Shown here: piece after piece, positions 62,654 through 64,000 of the stretch | Numbering within the stretch: position 1 is the first letter of the stretch | Layout of the letters: the number at the start of each line of letters is the position of its first letter | The notes under the pieces: generated by a model | Database searches by the model: none | Seen by the model: only the letters and a program-made list of their open reading frames with translations | What the model was told of the DNA's origin: nothing | Made by a program: the position numbers and the translations under genes | From: Candidatus Limnocylindria bacterium | GTDB lineage: Bacteria; Chloroflexota; Limnocylindria; QHBO01 | DNA length: 64,000 nucleotides | Assembly (NCBI GenBank): GCA_044866355.1 | Contig: JBIOTW010000040.1 | Coordinates: 13,827 to 77,826 of the forward strand | Reading direction: 5' to 3'

Positions 62654-64000
62654 TCACGGCTGGGCCGGACGCCAGGCCTGGGCCGCCTCCGCACCCCGCT
62701 CCACGATCGCAAAGGTATTCGCCTCCAGGCTGAGCCAGGGTCCGATTTCCCCGTCGGGCCAGGTCACCCGGACCTCGGCCTGGTCAGTTAACCCCAGGCC
62801 GAAATGGATCCACCCCATCTGTCCTCCGGCATGCCCACCCCCGACCGTGACTTCCCGCAGCAGGATGCGCTCGCCGATCCTGACCTCGATCCACGAGCCC
62901 ACGGCCTGCCGGTTGGGGCCTGATTGCGACAGGCGAATCGCGGTCCAGCTGCCCATCGGTCCCTGGCCCACTGCGTCGCCGAACCCGACGTTCCGCCACA
63001 GGTGGACATTCTCGCGCCGATTGACCACCACCAGGTCCAGCAACCCGTCCAGGTTGAGGTCGGCGAGGGCGGCACCGCGACCACGAGCAAAAGTCACGAT
63101 CCCGGCGTCCGGCGCGCCCTCGATGAAGGACCCATCGGTCTGACCCAGCAGGAGGTTGTTCGGATCCCGGGCCGCATAGTCGGGCATGGCTTCGACGTTG
63201 CCCTTGGCGACGAACAGATCGGTCAGTCCGTCGTTGTTGACGTCCCCGAACTCGGCGTGCCATGCGGTCGATGGCATCGTCACGTCGCCCTGGTACGGCC
63301 GGTGTGCGGTCACGCCCTTGGCCAGCGCGATGTCGCCGAATCGGGGCTGGGCCGGCCCATCGGTCAGGGTTTGCAGCTTGTTGTCGGCCTGGCTGGTCAG
63401 GTAGTAGTCGGGGTAGCCGTCCCCGGTCACGTCAGCGCTGGCAATGCCCATTCCCCAGACTCGCACCGTCTGCCAGCCCTCAGCGTGGGAATACAGGTGG
63501 GGCGGCGCACCGGCCGCGATCCGCCACAGCTGTTCCTCCCCGTCACCGTCGGCGCGGTAGTAGTGGCGGTCGTTGGAGACCCGCAGGTCGTGCCGCCCGG
63601 AGCGGTCCCAGTCGCTGAACAGCATCGAGAGCGCGCACCAGCCGGGGCTCAATGCCTGGCTGGGGCCATAGCCGCTGCCCTCGCGCGAGGGCCGGAACAG
63701 CTCGTTGTCGTAGCACAGCCGATTCGTATCGGTGCTGGCCTGGTCGAGGTAGTTCCCGAAGGCCAGAGTCGGCCAGGCGGCGGACGCCTCCCATGTCGCG
63801 CTGAAGGCGGTGGTCCAGCGTTCGCCACCGTCCAAGCCCCACCCTTCGTTCGCCCGCTCGAATCGACATCCTCCGAGTCCCCGCGGGAGCACGTTCTCGC
63901 CGAAGCGGAGGACCGCCAGGTCGGTCTGACCGTCGCTGTCGATGTCGAGCGGGTATGCGCCCACCACGCGGGGCAAGTCGGTCGTCGCGTCCGCCTGATG
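62654..64000 (-). CDS. FG-GAP/VCBS-repeat plus ASPIC/UnbV-domain protein (CRTAC1-like), 5' end beyond the window
   Basis: Repeated DxDGDGxxD-type motifs (DIDSDGQTDLAV, DVTGDGYPDYY, DVNNDGLTDLFV, DLNLDGLLDLVV) are present. A C-terminal ASPIC-like region is present. The frame stays open to the window edge upstream of the TTG at 63976. Confidence 0.7.
   Translation of the reverse strand, partial: HQADATTDLPRVVGAYPLDIDSDGQTDLAVLRFGENVLPRGLGGCRFERANEGWGLDGGERWTTAFSATWEASAAWPTLAFGNYLDQASTDTNRLCYDNELFRPSREGSGYGPSQALSPGWCALSMLFSDWDRSGRHDLRVSNDRHYYRADGDGEEQLWRIAAGAPPHLYSHAEGWQTVRVWGMGIASADVTGDGYPDYYLTSQADNKLQTLTDGPAQPRFGDIALAKGVTAHRPYQGDVTMPSTAWHAEFGDVNNDGLTDLFVAKGNVEAMPDYAARDPNNLLLGQTDGSFIEGAPDAGIVTFARGRGAALADLNLDGLLDLVVVNRRENVHLWRNVGFGDAVGQGPMGSWTAIRLSQSGPNRQAVGSWIEVRIGERILLREVTVGGGHAGGQMGWIHFGLGLTDQAEVRVTWPDGEIGPWLSLEANTFAIVERGAEAAQAWRPAQP

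Overview
The window is high-GC (about 70%) bacterial chromosome with actinobacterial-type gene order; I saw no rRNA, CRISPR array, IS element or integrase. It is mostly densely packed core genes. It starts inside secY, then adk and map. An 11-gene de novo purine operon (purA-purD-purE-purB-purC-purS-purQ-purL-purF-purM-purN::purH, about 13.6 kb, mostly 4-nt start/stop overlaps) then sits between map and infA, splitting the otherwise conserved secY-adk-map-infA-rpmJ-rpsM-rpsK-rpsD-rpoA-rplQ block, and ends in an apparent PurN-PurH fusion. Downstream are truA-rplM-rpsI, the c-di-AMP/amino-sugar operon cdaA-cdaR-glmM-glmS, acpS, an nnr-like gene and alr. Two uncharacterised genes (an ASKHA/GlmL-like ATPase and a 345-aa partner) lie between alr and tsaE-tsaB-rimI-tsaD. 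Then come rsmA-ispE-ridA-glmU, a CorC/HlyC transporter, a polyprenyl synthase divergent from recO, glyQS, a TPR protein, ppdK, and a minus-strand GcvT-like gene. A divergent ECF sigma / zinc-finger anti-sigma pair follows, whose extracytoplasmic domain consists of Cys-bracketed Asp-rich MopE-like metal-binding repeats. Then come dnaG-rpoD; rpoD carries a roughly 230-aa Ala/Lys/Pro-rich N-terminal tail. A 5-gene putative lipid/isoprenoid-tailoring operon follows (DUF385 F420-type reductase, SAM methyltransferase, geranylgeranyl-reductase-family flavoprotein, SRPBCC, KAS). The window ends with tRNA-Asn(GUU) and a small patch of accessory-looking genes (RibD_C, VOC, AraC, mutarotase, M24, FG-GAP/ASPIC). 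Numerous long antisense ORFs in the track are GC-driven artefacts.
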